A DNA stretch of 64,000 nt from assembly GCA_964617825.1 (NCBI GenBank), contig CAZTWL010000006.1, forward strand, positions 23,315 to 87,314. The letters are read 5' to 3'. Shown piece after piece: positions 10,318 through 19,736 of the stretch. Source of the stretch: an uncultured Verrucomicrobiota bacterium (GTDB taxonomy: Bacteria > Verrucomicrobiota > Kiritimatiellia > JAAZAB01). A program made the position numbers and the translations under genes. The first letter of the stretch is position 1. Every line of letters starts with the position of its first letter. The notes under the pieces were generated by a model that was given only the letters and a program-made list of their open reading frames with translations, searched no databases and was not told the origin of the DNA.

Positions 10318-11322
10318 TCAGGCAAGTGTCTTGTAAAACGCCTTCTTGTTCGCTTGGCGCTCTTTTTCCTGGGCGGCATCCAGCAGATAAAGTTGCCATT
10401 CCTCCTGGAACCGGCAGGTTTGGCCGGGGGCCAGGTCGTATACGGGGCTCGTGGGCTCCAGTTCGACCATGAGCATGTGATCTTTGAATTTCGGGTCGCT
10501 GAGCCAAACGCTGACAGGCCAGTTGGCCAGGGGATACACCCCGGGAACAATGCTGTATCGCTTCATGTAAATCAAATTATCCTGGACGTAGGCCATCCAG
10601 CCGTCCGTGCCTTTCATGATGGTTTGGCAGACGGTCCCCAGCGGTTTTACCGTCAGGATGCCATCCGCATATTGAAATTGCTCGGCCGCGGCGGCGCGGC
10701 TCGATCTCGGCGAAGTAAACAATTCGCCGTCCTTCGAGCCGATGAATGCCCAGCCTTCCGGCCATTGCGCATCGGCGGTTACCGGAATGTCCAGGTTGCA
10801 TGGTCCGACTGTCCAGGTCCGATCCCAAATGCTCACTTTGTTTCTATGTTTTGACCGGTTCTGCACGGTTTGGGCAATGACGACCTTGCCGGTAGCGGGA
10901 TCGATCTCAATATCGCGCACAATTTGGAGGCCGGTTGTGGGGCCGACGGGACTGACCGCGGTCAGGTGATTCGGCGATTTGAGCTCCACGGTATATTCGC
11001 CGATCCATAAACATGGTTCCTTGACGCTGATATTTTCGCCGCCTTTTTCGTCCAACAGGTCGAATTGGCTGCCTCCGGGCATGAAAAAGCCCTTGGCGCG
11101 CAAAGTGGCGCCCCACAAGGCCGGATCCTGCCAGAAGATATTACGCCCGATGGGACCATATTCCATGATCCGCGCGCCGACATCTGCCACGACCACGATC
11201 TGCATGGATGGCGTTTGAAAGCAATAAACGTTTGACCAGCCTTTATAATCGATGCGTGTCCAGCCGTTCTGCATGTTTTCTCCAGTGGTTATTGTGTAGT
11301 TGCTTCTGTTTAGTTGTTCCAT
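10318..11322 (-). CDS. hypothetical protein (no recognisable domain)
   Basis: The six-frame ORF is 355 aa. The most likely start is at 11322 (MEQLNRS...), exactly at the terminus of the adjacent repeat. Coding-like codon usage is the only support. Confidence 0.45.
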   Translation of the reverse strand: MEQLNRSNYTITTGENMQNGWTRIDYKGWSNVYCFQTPSMQIVVVADVGARIMEYGPIGRNIFWQDPALWGATLRAKGFFMPGGSQFDLLDEKGGENISVKEPCLWIGEYTVELKSPNHLTAVSPVGPTTGLQIVRDIEIDPATGKVVIAQTVQNRSKHRNKVSIWDRTWTVGPCNLDIPVTADAQWPEGWAFIGSKDGELFTSPRSSRAAAAEQFQYADGILTVKPLGTVCQTIMKGTDGWMAYVQDNLIYMKRYSIVPGVYPLANWPVSVWLSDPKFKDHMLMVELEPTSPVYDLAPGQTCRFQEEWQLYLLDAAQEKERQANKKAFYKTLA

Positions 11323-11503
11323 TGGCGTCCCATAGGGCCGCCGAAGGGCTGAAGACTGCAGGCTGTAGTCCGTAGGTTCGAACACGCAAAATGCAGATCC
11401 ATAAAACCGAAACTATGGTTTTTGCATCTGGCTGATGATTGCCCGTTTTCCTACAGTCCACGGTCCACAGTCTACGTTCTGAGCATCCTATGGGATGCTC
11501 ATG
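11320..11503. repeat. MITE-like intergenic repeat, family B
   Basis: CATTGGCGTCCCATAGGGCCGCC...GAGCATCCTATGGGATGCTCATG. This copy is closely related to those at 37075-37270 and 38941-39128. Its termini are shared with family A. Confidence 0.8.
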
Positions 11504-11738
11504 TTGTTGTCCCTTTAATACCTGAAAATCAGATGAGTTTGTGGATTTCAGAATTCGAAGTCAATTATTATGTGGCCTTCCCGGGATAGGCGGCGGCCTT
11601 TCGGGATGGCGGATGGAGAAACGTGAGATGACATGTTCGTGATGACGAACGTGGCGAGGTGGTTGGACATTGCCGGGGATAAACGTAATACAAAATCCGA
11701 CGCTAAACCCGAAGGAGCCTATTCTGTGTAATCGGCTT

Positions 11739-13595
11739 TCAAAGCGGGATTTTGGGAGAGAAAAATATCCGCCAGTAACGGCCGGAGCGATTCCGGTTAT
11801 ACTCGAACAGACGCCAGACGAACGAAAAGTGCCTGGCATCCGTGGCGCTTGAATACATGAACAACGGCTGGAATTCGAAGTTGGTCGCATCGCCCTGGCG
11901 CTGATACTGAACCAGCCGCCACAAGAGCCGCCAGTCGGTCCCTTGCGCATCGCATTGATTGTATAGCAGGGGAAACAGCAGCTTTTTGTCGTTCCACTGC
12001 CAATAAAGGGGAAAGACGTGAAAATAATCCTGACCCCACCATACCGGGCCGACGCCCTTATTCCCGTCGACATTCCAAGCCAGGGGCAAAATCAGATTGT
12101 TGTTGGTCTTCCAGTGCCAGTAGAGCGGAAACACGTTAAGATAATCCTGGCCCCACCAGACTGGACCAATGCCCCGGTTGCCATGCACCGTCCAGGCCAG
12201 GGGCAGGAAAATGCTATTCTGATTCCAATGCCAGTAGAGCGGGAAGACGTGGCAATAATCCTTACCCCAGCAAACAGGCAAGACCCCTTTGTTATCGTTG
12301 ATGTTCCAAGCCAGGGGGACGAGCAGGCGGTTATCGCCCCATTGCCAATAGAACGGGAAGACATCGAAATAATCGTCGCCCCACCAGACCGGGCCGACCC
12401 CTTTATGATCATTGATGTTCCAGGCCAGGGGCAATAGCAGGCGGTTATCGCCCCACTGCCAGTAGAGCGGGAAGACATCGAAATAATCATCACCCCACCA
12501 GACCGGACCAATGCCCTTGTTATTGTCGATCTTCCAGGCCAGGGGCAATATAAGATGATTGTCGTCCCAGTGCCAGTAAACCGGGAAAATGTCGAAATAA
12601 TCCCGGCCCCACCAGACCGGGCCGATGCCCCGGTTATCGCGCACAGCCCAGGCGGCCGGGAATAAAATCGTATTATTGTTCCAATGCCAATATACCGGGA
12701 ATACATGGAAGTAATTGCGTCCCCACCAAACCGGGCCAACGGCCGCATTCGCATTGACCTTCCAGCCCAAGGGCAAAAGCCACCAATTCTTTCCGTGTTG
12801 CCAGTAGAACGGTACGACATGAAAATAATCTTTTCCCCAGCAGACTGGGCCAATGCCGTAATTTCCGTTGACTGTCCAGGCCAGCGGAGCCAGGATCAGA
12901 TTATTGTCCCAGTGCCAATAAACCGGAAAGATATCGAAGTAATTATCGCCCCAGAAGATGGGGCCGGCAATATTGTTGCCGCCTTCGAGCCATACCAGGG
13001 GTACCACATAAAAGTAGTTTTGGCCCCATAAAACTGGCCCAATGCCTTTATCGCCATTGAAATCCCAGGCCAGGGGCAATAGCAGGCGATTTTGACGCCA
13101 CTGCCAATAAAGGGGAAAAACGTGGAAATAATCCTGACCCCACCATACCGGGCCGACGCCTTGATTGCCGTTAATGTTCCAGGCGGCCGGAATGACCAGC
13201 CAATTTGCATCCCAATGCCAGAATAGCGGCGGCAGGCAGGCGTAATTATTGCCCCAGAAAACCAAACCGACGCCGTACGATGTGCCCACCTTGCCGCCGA
13301 TGGGAATAATTATGTAATTCTCGTTCCAGTGCCAGTAAAGGGGTATGAAGTGGAAATAATTTGTTCCCCAGAAAACGGGAACGATGTTGCCGGAAACCGC
13401 GCCCGTGGCGGTCTTCCGGCAGGCGGCCGCGCTGAATAGTATTTCACGGTCATACGAGCCGTCGGCCTGAACGGAGGAGTAGTAAAGCGGCCAAAGGGGG
13501 ATCGTGGCGGCCTGGTTCTCTGTTGCTGCGCCGGCCATGGCCATGAGACTCAGCCAGGAGGCAACCCAAGCGCAGGCAAAGCGACGTCTTAACAT
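11739..13595 (-). CDS. secreted tryptophan-rich tandem-repeat protein (about 13 copies of a 44-aa repeat GxGPVWWGxDYFxVFPLYWxWxxNxLLLPLAWNxNxNK)
   Basis: The probable start is at 13595 (MLRRRFACAWVASWLSLMAMAGAA, a signal peptide); the ORF extends to 13631. The repeats are near-perfect, with a DNA periodicity of about 132 bp. I do not recognise the family. Confidence 0.6.
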   Translation of the reverse strand: MLRRRFACAWVASWLSLMAMAGAATENQAATIPLWPLYYSSVQADGSYDREILFSAAACRKTATGAVSGNIVPVFWGTNYFHFIPLYWHWNENYIIIPIGGKVGTSYGVGLVFWGNNYACLPPLFWHWDANWLVIPAAWNINGNQGVGPVWWGQDYFHVFPLYWQWRQNRLLLPLAWDFNGDKGIGPVLWGQNYFYVVPLVWLEGGNNIAGPIFWGDNYFDIFPVYWHWDNNLILAPLAWTVNGNYGIGPVCWGKDYFHVVPFYWQHGKNWWLLPLGWKVNANAAVGPVWWGRNYFHVFPVYWHWNNNTILFPAAWAVRDNRGIGPVWWGRDYFDIFPVYWHWDDNHLILPLAWKIDNNKGIGPVWWGDDYFDVFPLYWQWGDNRLLLPLAWNINDHKGVGPVWWGDDYFDVFPFYWQWGDNRLLVPLAWNINDNKGVLPVCWGKDYCHVFPLYWHWNQNSIFLPLAWTVHGNRGIGPVWWGQDYLNVFPLYWHWKTNNNLILPLAWNVDGNKGVGPVWWGQDYFHVFPLYWQWNDKKLLFPLLYNQCDAQGTDWRLLWRLVQYQRQGDATNFEFQPLFMYSSATDARHFSFVWRLFEYNRNRSGRYWRIFFSPKIPL

Positions 13596-13646
13596 TATCT
13601 TGTCCAGTTTGAGCGGAGAATGCGACCGCAATGTGCAATGCGGCGC

Positions 13647-15821
13647 TCAACGTTTGATTGCGGGCTTCTTGGTGACGGTTTTTTGCTGCTCGATCAGGTT
13701 CATATAGGTCCGGTAGCGCAAGACGATCTGGCGCACGTAGTTGATCGGTTCCTCGCCGCGGACGAAGCCGCATTTTGCCCGGCGGGCGTATTGCGGCTTG
13801 GAAAGCAGACGCATGGCGTCCTCCACGTTGCCGAACCAGATATTCGGGTTGCGGCCCATTTGGCGGGCCAGGATGCGCGCATCCAGCACGTGGCCGGCGC
13901 CGGCGTTGTAAGAAGCCAGCGCGAAAAATACGCGGTTGCTGGCATCCAACTCCTGCGGCACGCGGTCCTGCATGACGTTCATGTATTTTACCCCGGCATG
14001 AATGCTGGTGGGCGGGTCCTTCAAATTGCGAAAGCCCATTTCTTTTGCCGTGCTCGGCAAAACCTGCATCAGTCCGCGCGCGCCGGATGGCGAGACCACG
14101 TTCGGATCGAACCGGCTTTCCTGGAACATCTGCGCCACGATCAGGCGCCAGTCGAAATTATACATGTCCGCGAACTTGCGGACCAGCGGGTCATATGGGG
14201 AAATACTGCCATCCGGATAAAGGCGCGCCTGTTCCTGCACGGCTTTCCGGATTTTAGACGGGCTGCGGAAGTAATAGTTATAAGCGATGTTGTAAGCGGT
14301 GCCGCGGTATTCTTTTTTCCAGAAGGCATTGATGGCCTGGAGCAATTGCTTATCCTTGGCGCGGACGACCCAGCCTTCCGGCTGGGGGGTCCCAATGGTC
14401 AGAACCGCCTTAATCCCGTCGAGCCAGCCCAGTGCCAGGGCTAATACTTCGTCATCCACCACCGTCAGGTCGATGGTTCCGTCGGCCACCCATTCGAGCA
14501 TATCGTCAGGTTGGGCGCCGGCCGGCGATGCCCGGCGCTTGACCTTGATGCCCTGGCTTTGCAGGTTGCCCAGCAGGGTCCAGGGATACGAGGAACGCGC
14601 CGCCATGATTTCGCGCCCGGCCAGGTCCTGGATGGTTTTGATGCGGCGCTCGGTCGTGCGGGCGACAACCGTTTCGGCCGCATCATTATACGGCACCGAA
14701 AATTCGACGCCCTGGCTCCGGCGTTCGTCGGTAACGGTCAGGAAGGCGGCAATGAAGTCGCCGTGTCCGGCTAAAAGCATGGGGATCAAAGCATCGTAAT
14801 CGGGCGCCACAACCACTTCCAGTTGCAGGTTGTTTTGTTTGGCGAACCGGCTGGCCATTTCGTATTCGAATCCGCGAAGTTCGCCTTTCCAGAGAAAATA
14901 GGTGGCGGCCGTATTGACCGTGAGCATGCGCAGAAGCTTGCGTTTCTTGATTTGCGGCCAGTCCTCCCGGTAGGCGGCGGCCGAGCGCGCGGCTATCGGC
15001 GTTTGCTTTAGATAACTGTTGAGCGAGGCCAGCAACTGCTTATTCCCCGGGCGCGCACCCCACACCAGGTTGCGGTCAATCCCCAGATCGAGCACGCGTT
15101 TGAAGTCGGAGCGATATTGCCGCACAATGTTCAGCGTAATGCTGTCGGTCAGGACCAGATCAAGCTTGCCGGCAGCGAGCCGGTCCAGCATGGCATCGTC
15201 CGAAAGCGTTTCCGGCAGAACCTGCGTACGGATTTCCGGGTAACGTCGATGCAATGCCTGGGCGGTTTCGCATTGGGCCGTATCCTTCTGCACCGCGAGC
15301 GTATGCCCTTTTAAGTCGGCAATCTGCTTCAGCGCGGGGGAACTGAGGCGCCCGGCAATAATTTCACGATAAGAAAAAAGCGGGGCTGAAAAGGCGATCT
15401 TCTTTTTCAGGGTCTCCGTGGGGGTCATGTAGCTGGCGATCAGGTCGCCTTTGCCGGCCAGCAGGGCGGCGGTCAGGTCGGCGCGGGTTTCAACGAAGAC
15501 CGCTGCCGGGCGTACGCCGATGGCGGCGCAGAATCCGATGGCCAGGTCCACTTCCCGATTGGGCGGGTCTCCGGCGCGGGGGAGATATTGCTCCGCCTGT
15601 TGTAAAACGAGAAACCGCAGGCATCCGCGTTTCTGGATGGCGGCCAGGTCGCCGGTTTCGATGTAGTCCGTGGCCGGGGCCGCGCTCTCCTCGGCGGATG
15701 GCGTGGTTTCCGGTATCGACGCGGCCGGCTCAGGCGCCTCCGGTTGCTTGCCGCAGCCGGTTGCCAGGAGCAGGAGCGCAACACCAAGCGCGATGGTTTT
15801 GTTGATCCAGTTCATTAGCAT
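13647..15821 (-). CDS. mltF: membrane-bound lytic murein transglycosylase F-like (2x SBP_bac_3 domains + C-terminal SLT domain), lipoprotein
   Basis: Signal peptide with lipobox (LLLLATGCGK). Two periplasmic solute-binding-like domains are present. A C-terminal lytic transglycosylase motif (ESRFDPNVVSPSGARGLMQV, AYNAG) is present. The start codon lies inside a repeat terminus. Confidence 0.8.
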   Translation of the reverse strand: MLMNWINKTIALGVALLLLATGCGKQPEAPEPAASIPETTPSAEESAAPATDYIETGDLAAIQKRGCLRFLVLQQAEQYLPRAGDPPNREVDLAIGFCAAIGVRPAAVFVETRADLTAALLAGKGDLIASYMTPTETLKKKIAFSAPLFSYREIIAGRLSSPALKQIADLKGHTLAVQKDTAQCETAQALHRRYPEIRTQVLPETLSDDAMLDRLAAGKLDLVLTDSITLNIVRQYRSDFKRVLDLGIDRNLVWGARPGNKQLLASLNSYLKQTPIAARSAAAYREDWPQIKKRKLLRMLTVNTAATYFLWKGELRGFEYEMASRFAKQNNLQLEVVVAPDYDALIPMLLAGHGDFIAAFLTVTDERRSQGVEFSVPYNDAAETVVARTTERRIKTIQDLAGREIMAARSSYPWTLLGNLQSQGIKVKRRASPAGAQPDDMLEWVADGTIDLTVVDDEVLALALGWLDGIKAVLTIGTPQPEGWVVRAKDKQLLQAINAFWKKEYRGTAYNIAYNYYFRSPSKIRKAVQEQARLYPDGSISPYDPLVRKFADMYNFDWRLIVAQMFQESRFDPNVVSPSGARGLMQVLPSTAKEMGFRNLKDPPTSIHAGVKYMNVMQDRVPQELDASNRVFFALASYNAGAGHVLDARILARQMGRNPNIWFGNVEDAMRLLSKPQYARRAKCGFVRGEEPINYVRQIVLRYRTYMNLIEQQKTVTKKPAIKR

Positions 15822-15995
15822 CCCACAGGATGGTCTGGCTGAGGGCTATGGGCCGTAGGAAAATACCAAGAAAAGCGATGATTATGCAAAGCCCTTCAAA
15901 ATCCTCAGTTCCGGTTTTTCCAACTTGGATTTATTCGCTTCCGACCTACAGTCTTTGGCCTGCAGTCCGAGGCGTCCCTGTGGGACGCCAGTGGA
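15814..15995. repeat. MITE-like intergenic repeat, family A (reverse orientation)
   Basis: CATTAGCATCCCACAGGATGGTCTGGCTGAGGGCT...GGCGTCCCTGTGGGACGCCAGTGG. This is the reverse complement of the copy at 10076-10274. Confidence 0.8.
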
Positions 15996-16205
15996 TCCAG
16001 TTCATTTGTCCTGAGCACGTTGCGCGTATGCTAATCACCCGCTAATTTGTAGATAAGTTTATGGTGAATGGCAAGCACGGTTTGCAGCGCCGCATGCTAT
16101 GAGGAACACAGGAGCGGATTGGACGCCAAACCTTTGCCGCCACTGGTCAATCAGGAGACTAAGTTAACGGTATCTTTTTCTGTAATCCGCGATAACCGTA
16201 ATTCC

Positions 16206-16916
16206 TTATCGGCCTAGTCTTCCCAAAATGAAGGGGATGGCGGATTCGACCCGCAAAATCCGTGCGCCGACTCGAACCGGCCGGCAACCGGCTTCAACCA
16301 TCTTGGTCACCTCGTAATTGATAAATCCGCCCTCCGGCCCGACCACGAGCGTCAGCGGCTGCGTCACGGCCTGCGGACAATCGTTTACGGCGCCGGGATG
16401 CGCAACGAGCGCCAAGGCGCCTTGGGCAAGTGCGGGCAGTTCGTCCTCGACGAACGGCTTGAAAAGCGGGCGCAAAAACACGTCCGGCAAAATAGTGTCG
16501 CGCGCCTGTTCCAGTCCGAGAAGCAGGGCTTCGCGGATGGCGTCCGGTTGCAACAGCGGGCTTTGCCAGTAGCTTTTTTCCACCCGGAACGCGTTGATCA
16601 AATACAGGCGTTTCACGCCCAGGCTGGCGATCGAAAGCAGCACCCGCTTGATGACCTTGGGCCGCGGCAGGGCCAGGACCAGCGTGATTGCCAAAGGCGC
16701 CGGCGGCGCCTCGTTCAAGACAACATCCATTTCCACGGCCGCGGCAGTCGCGGCGGTAACCCGCCCTTTGCCGATCGCGCCGCCGAGCCGCCCCACGGTC
16801 AATTTGTCGCCGACGGCCGGCCGCTGAACCTCGCAAATATGTTTCCGCCGGCGCCCCGTCAGCCGCACGGCGTTGCTGGAAATAAAATCGCCGTCATTCA
16901 GGAGAATCAGGTTCAT
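16206..16916 (-). CDS. rsmE: 16S rRNA (uracil1498-N3)-methyltransferase RsmE
   Basis: An N-terminal PUA-like region and a SPOUT methyltransferase C-terminus (LVVGPEGGF) are present. The 236-aa length fits RsmE. Confidence 0.75.
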   Translation of the reverse strand: MNLILLNDGDFISSNAVRLTGRRRKHICEVQRPAVGDKLTVGRLGGAIGKGRVTAATAAAVEMDVVLNEAPPAPLAITLVLALPRPKVIKRVLLSIASLGVKRLYLINAFRVEKSYWQSPLLQPDAIREALLLGLEQARDTILPDVFLRPLFKPFVEDELPALAQGALALVAHPGAVNDCPQAVTQPLTLVVGPEGGFINYEVTKMVEAGCRPVRVGARILRVESAIPFILGRLGR

Positions 16917-16982
16917 CGTCTTGACTTCCTGCCTTGGCCCGGCATCATCAAAGGCCGGCTTTGTGAATTTACAACATCGTGA

Positions 16983-17744
16983 TCAGGGGGCTTGCAGTTC
17001 CATGCTTTCAAGCACGTTGAGTACCTTGATCTTCTGTTTGGGCGCGATGCTTTTCATCTCCGCGTAGAATGCGGCCATGTCGATTTTTGCCCTGGGCGCT
17101 TCGATGGGGCAATTGACATAGTCATCCCAATGGGTGGGAATCAGCACTTTCGAGTTGACGCATTTAAGCAGGCGCGGCAGGTAGTCGGGCGCGCGCCCGG
17201 CGATCCCGGCCAGCAGATAGTCGCACTGGATTCCCCGGAGCTCTTCGTCGATCAAATTGGCGCTGCCAATGTTTAAGAAAGACAAGCCATCGCATTGCAC
17301 CAGCAAGGCCCAGGTCCCGCCTTCGCGATAATCGGCGACGCTATCGATTTTTGGCGGCGGTCGGCGATAATACCCCGGATAACCCATCGGTTCTTTATGT
17401 TTCGATTTCAAAGGCGTAACGGAAAAAGGTCCGAGCGTAATGGGCCGGTGGTTTTCGAATTGGCACAGGCGTGTTTCGGGCGTCTTGAAATGGCGGCAAA
17501 TATTGAGCATGGTCTCCGACCCGCCAATCATAGCCTTGGTATACCCGACAATGGCAGCCACATCCGCGGCATGGTCAAAGTGGGAATGGCCAAGGACAAT
17601 CATATCGGCGGCTTCAATATGTTTATGCACGATCGCCGGGACGGACATTCGCACACGATCACGGCTGACGTACGGATCGATCAACAATATTTTGCCATGC
17701 GATCCGAATTCAAACCCGTTTATACCCAGGAAACGAAGATGCAT
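16983..17744 (-). CDS. MBL-fold metallo-hydrolase
   Basis: The HxHxDH motif (LGHSHFDHAAD) of the metallo-beta-lactamase superfamily is present. Confidence 0.75.
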   Translation of the reverse strand: MHLRFLGINGFEFGSHGKILLIDPYVSRDRVRMSVPAIVHKHIEAADMIVLGHSHFDHAADVAAIVGYTKAMIGGSETMLNICRHFKTPETRLCQFENHRPITLGPFSVTPLKSKHKEPMGYPGYYRRPPPKIDSVADYREGGTWALLVQCDGLSFLNIGSANLIDEELRGIQCDYLLAGIAGRAPDYLPRLLKCVNSKVLIPTHWDDYVNCPIEAPRAKIDMAAFYAEMKSIAPKQKIKVLNVLESMELQAP

Positions 17745-17825
17745 ATAAACATTTATCCTTCCGTAAATAACGTGCGCCTGTTGGCGCCAATCTGCCCGTG
17801 ACCCGCTGTGAAAATGGCGGCGCGC

Positions 17826-18638
17826 TCAAACATAAAGTTCGCGCAGCATATCGGCGGTGTCGGGGTCCAATTGATCGGCGCGGCGCACCTCGTTGAATTG
17901 CTCCAGCAAATCCTCCGCATGCAGGCGTTTTTTGGCGGCGGCATCGATATCGCGGATGATCCGGCCCTGGTGCATCATGATCAGGCGGTCGCCCAGGTTG
18001 ACCGCCTGGTGCATGGAATGGGTAACCATCAGGGTCGTCAGCTGTTCGCCGGCCACGACGCCCCGGGTCAGGCGGATGACCTGGTCGGCTGTTTTCGGGT
18101 CCAGCGCCGCGGTATGCTCGTCCAGCAAAAGGAGCTGGGGCTTGTGCCAGGTGGCCATGAGGAGCGTCAGGGCCTGGCGCTGGCCGCCGGAAAGCGTCCC
18201 GATTTCGTTATCCAGCCGGTCCTCGAGGCCCATGTCCAGGGCGGCGATCCGCTCGCGGAACGCCTGGCGCAAGCGCCGCGAAAGCGCCCAGCCCAGTCCG
18301 TGGATTTGTCCGCGCCGCGTGGCCAGCGCCAGGTTTTCGGCAATCGTCATGTGCGGGGCTGTGCCGCTGAACGGATTCTGAAACACGCGCCCGATGAGTT
18401 TGGCCCGGCGATATTCCGGCCAGCGCGTGACGTTCCGGCCGGCCAGTTCGATTTTGCCGGCATCCGGCAGGAACCCGCCGGCCACCGCGGTCAGCAGCGT
18501 GGATTTTCCCGACCCGTTGGAGCCGATCACGATGACAAAAGAGCCCGCCTTAATATGCAGGTCCACGCCCCGCAGCGCCCGGACCTCGTCGGGCGACCCG
18601 GTGTTGAACGTTTTCTGTAATCCCCGGATGTCAAGCAT
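17826..18638 (-). CDS. ABC transporter ATP-binding protein
   Basis: Walker A (GSNGSGKST), signature (LSGGQRQ) and Walker B (LLLDE) motifs are all present. Confidence 0.85.
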   Translation of the reverse strand: MLDIRGLQKTFNTGSPDEVRALRGVDLHIKAGSFVIVIGSNGSGKSTLLTAVAGGFLPDAGKIELAGRNVTRWPEYRRAKLIGRVFQNPFSGTAPHMTIAENLALATRRGQIHGLGWALSRRLRQAFRERIAALDMGLEDRLDNEIGTLSGGQRQALTLLMATWHKPQLLLLDEHTAALDPKTADQVIRLTRGVVAGEQLTTLMVTHSMHQAVNLGDRLIMMHQGRIIRDIDAAAKKRLHAEDLLEQFNEVRRADQLDPDTADMLRELYV

Positions 18639-19569
18639 GGCTCGATGCCTCCTTGCGACGCTGAATTTTGGCGGTGAGCCCGGGCAGAATCAGCGCCACG
18701 AACACGAACACGGCGGTGATCAATTTCAAGTCGTTTGGATTCAGGCCCCGGCGCAAAGCGATGGCCACCATGAGGCGGAAGAGGATCGATCCCATCACCG
18801 CCCCGACGATGGTCATGGCCAGGCCGCGCGACCGGACCAGGGCTTCCCCGATGATCACGCTGGCCAGGCCCCAGACCAGCATGCCAATCCCCATCTGCAC
18901 GTCGGCAAATCCATGGTATTGAGCCAGGAGCGCGCCGGAGAGCGCAATCAGTCCGTTGGATAGTCCCAGGCCGATGACAATCATGGTGTCCGTGTTGGTG
19001 CCCAGGGCGCGAATCATCTGCGGGTTATCGCCCGTGGCCCGCATGGCCGTGCCCAGGTTCGTGCGGAAAAAAAGGTAAAGCCCGAGGCCGACGGCAAGGA
19101 CAACCAGGCCGGCCAGCGCCAGCATGGAGATATCGCCGATCGATATTTCCCAGCCGATGCAGTCAAGGCTGGTGCGCCCGCCCAGCACCCAGAGTCCGAT
19201 CGTTTCCGCCCCTTTGGCCAGGGTGGGGGCCGCGAGCAGCGGCACGTTGCTTTTACCCATGATGTGCAGGTTGATCGAGTAGAGCGCCGTCATGACCAGG
19301 ATGCCGGCCAGCAGGCCGTTGATCCGGAAGCGCGTATGCAGTATGCCCGTGACGATGCCGGAAACGGCGCCTGCCGCCGTGCCGGCCAGCGTTGCATTGA
19401 TCGGAGCGAACCCGTGAACCACCAGGATCGCGGCAACCGCAGCGCCAAGCGTGATGGAGCCGTCGGCGGTCATATCCGGGAAGTTGAAAATCCGGAAGGA
19501 AATATAAACTCCCAGGGCCAGGAGCGACATGATCAAGCCAATGGTTAAGGAAGCAATTAAAAGATTCAT
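18631..19569 (-). CDS. ABC transporter permease (BPD_transp_2 / branched-chain amino-acid-type)
   Basis: It is a polytopic membrane protein. The ORF extends to 19623, with a likely start at 19569 (MNLLIAS). It overlaps the ATPase gene by 8 nt. Confidence 0.7.
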   Translation of the reverse strand: MNLLIASLTIGLIMSLLALGVYISFRIFNFPDMTADGSITLGAAVAAILVVHGFAPINATLAGTAAGAVSGIVTGILHTRFRINGLLAGILVMTALYSINLHIMGKSNVPLLAAPTLAKGAETIGLWVLGGRTSLDCIGWEISIGDISMLALAGLVVLAVGLGLYLFFRTNLGTAMRATGDNPQMIRALGTNTDTMIVIGLGLSNGLIALSGALLAQYHGFADVQMGIGMLVWGLASVIIGEALVRSRGLAMTIVGAVMGSILFRLMVAIALRRGLNPNDLKLITAVFVFVALILPGLTAKIQRRKEASSHA

Positions 19570-19610
19570 ATAATCATACGTCCATAACGAAACGGAAACC
19601 AAAATATTTT

Positions 19611-19730
19611 GCCCGCGAAACACGCGAAAGGAACGCGAATCTGATTAATTTGAATTAGGCGGCAGAAGAAAATAAACTTTAGCTTTTTTAATCCTTATCT
19701 TTTTAGCGTCCATTCGCGTGTTTCGCGGGC
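19611..19730. repeat. perfect 18-bp inverted repeat (GCCCGCGAAACACGCGAA / TTCGCGTGTTTCGCGGGC) flanking an 84-bp AT-rich spacer
   Basis: Seen directly in the sequence, in the intergenic space between the permease gene and the STAS gene. It could form a long hairpin. Confidence 0.5.
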
Positions 19731-19736
19731 ACACAA

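Noticed and set aside
11900-13300. Possible CRISPR-like periodicity in the 132-bp tandem repeats
   Set aside because: The periodicity lies within a continuous ORF with a signal peptide and encodes a conserved amino-acid repeat. There is no spacer/repeat architecture, so this is not CRISPR.
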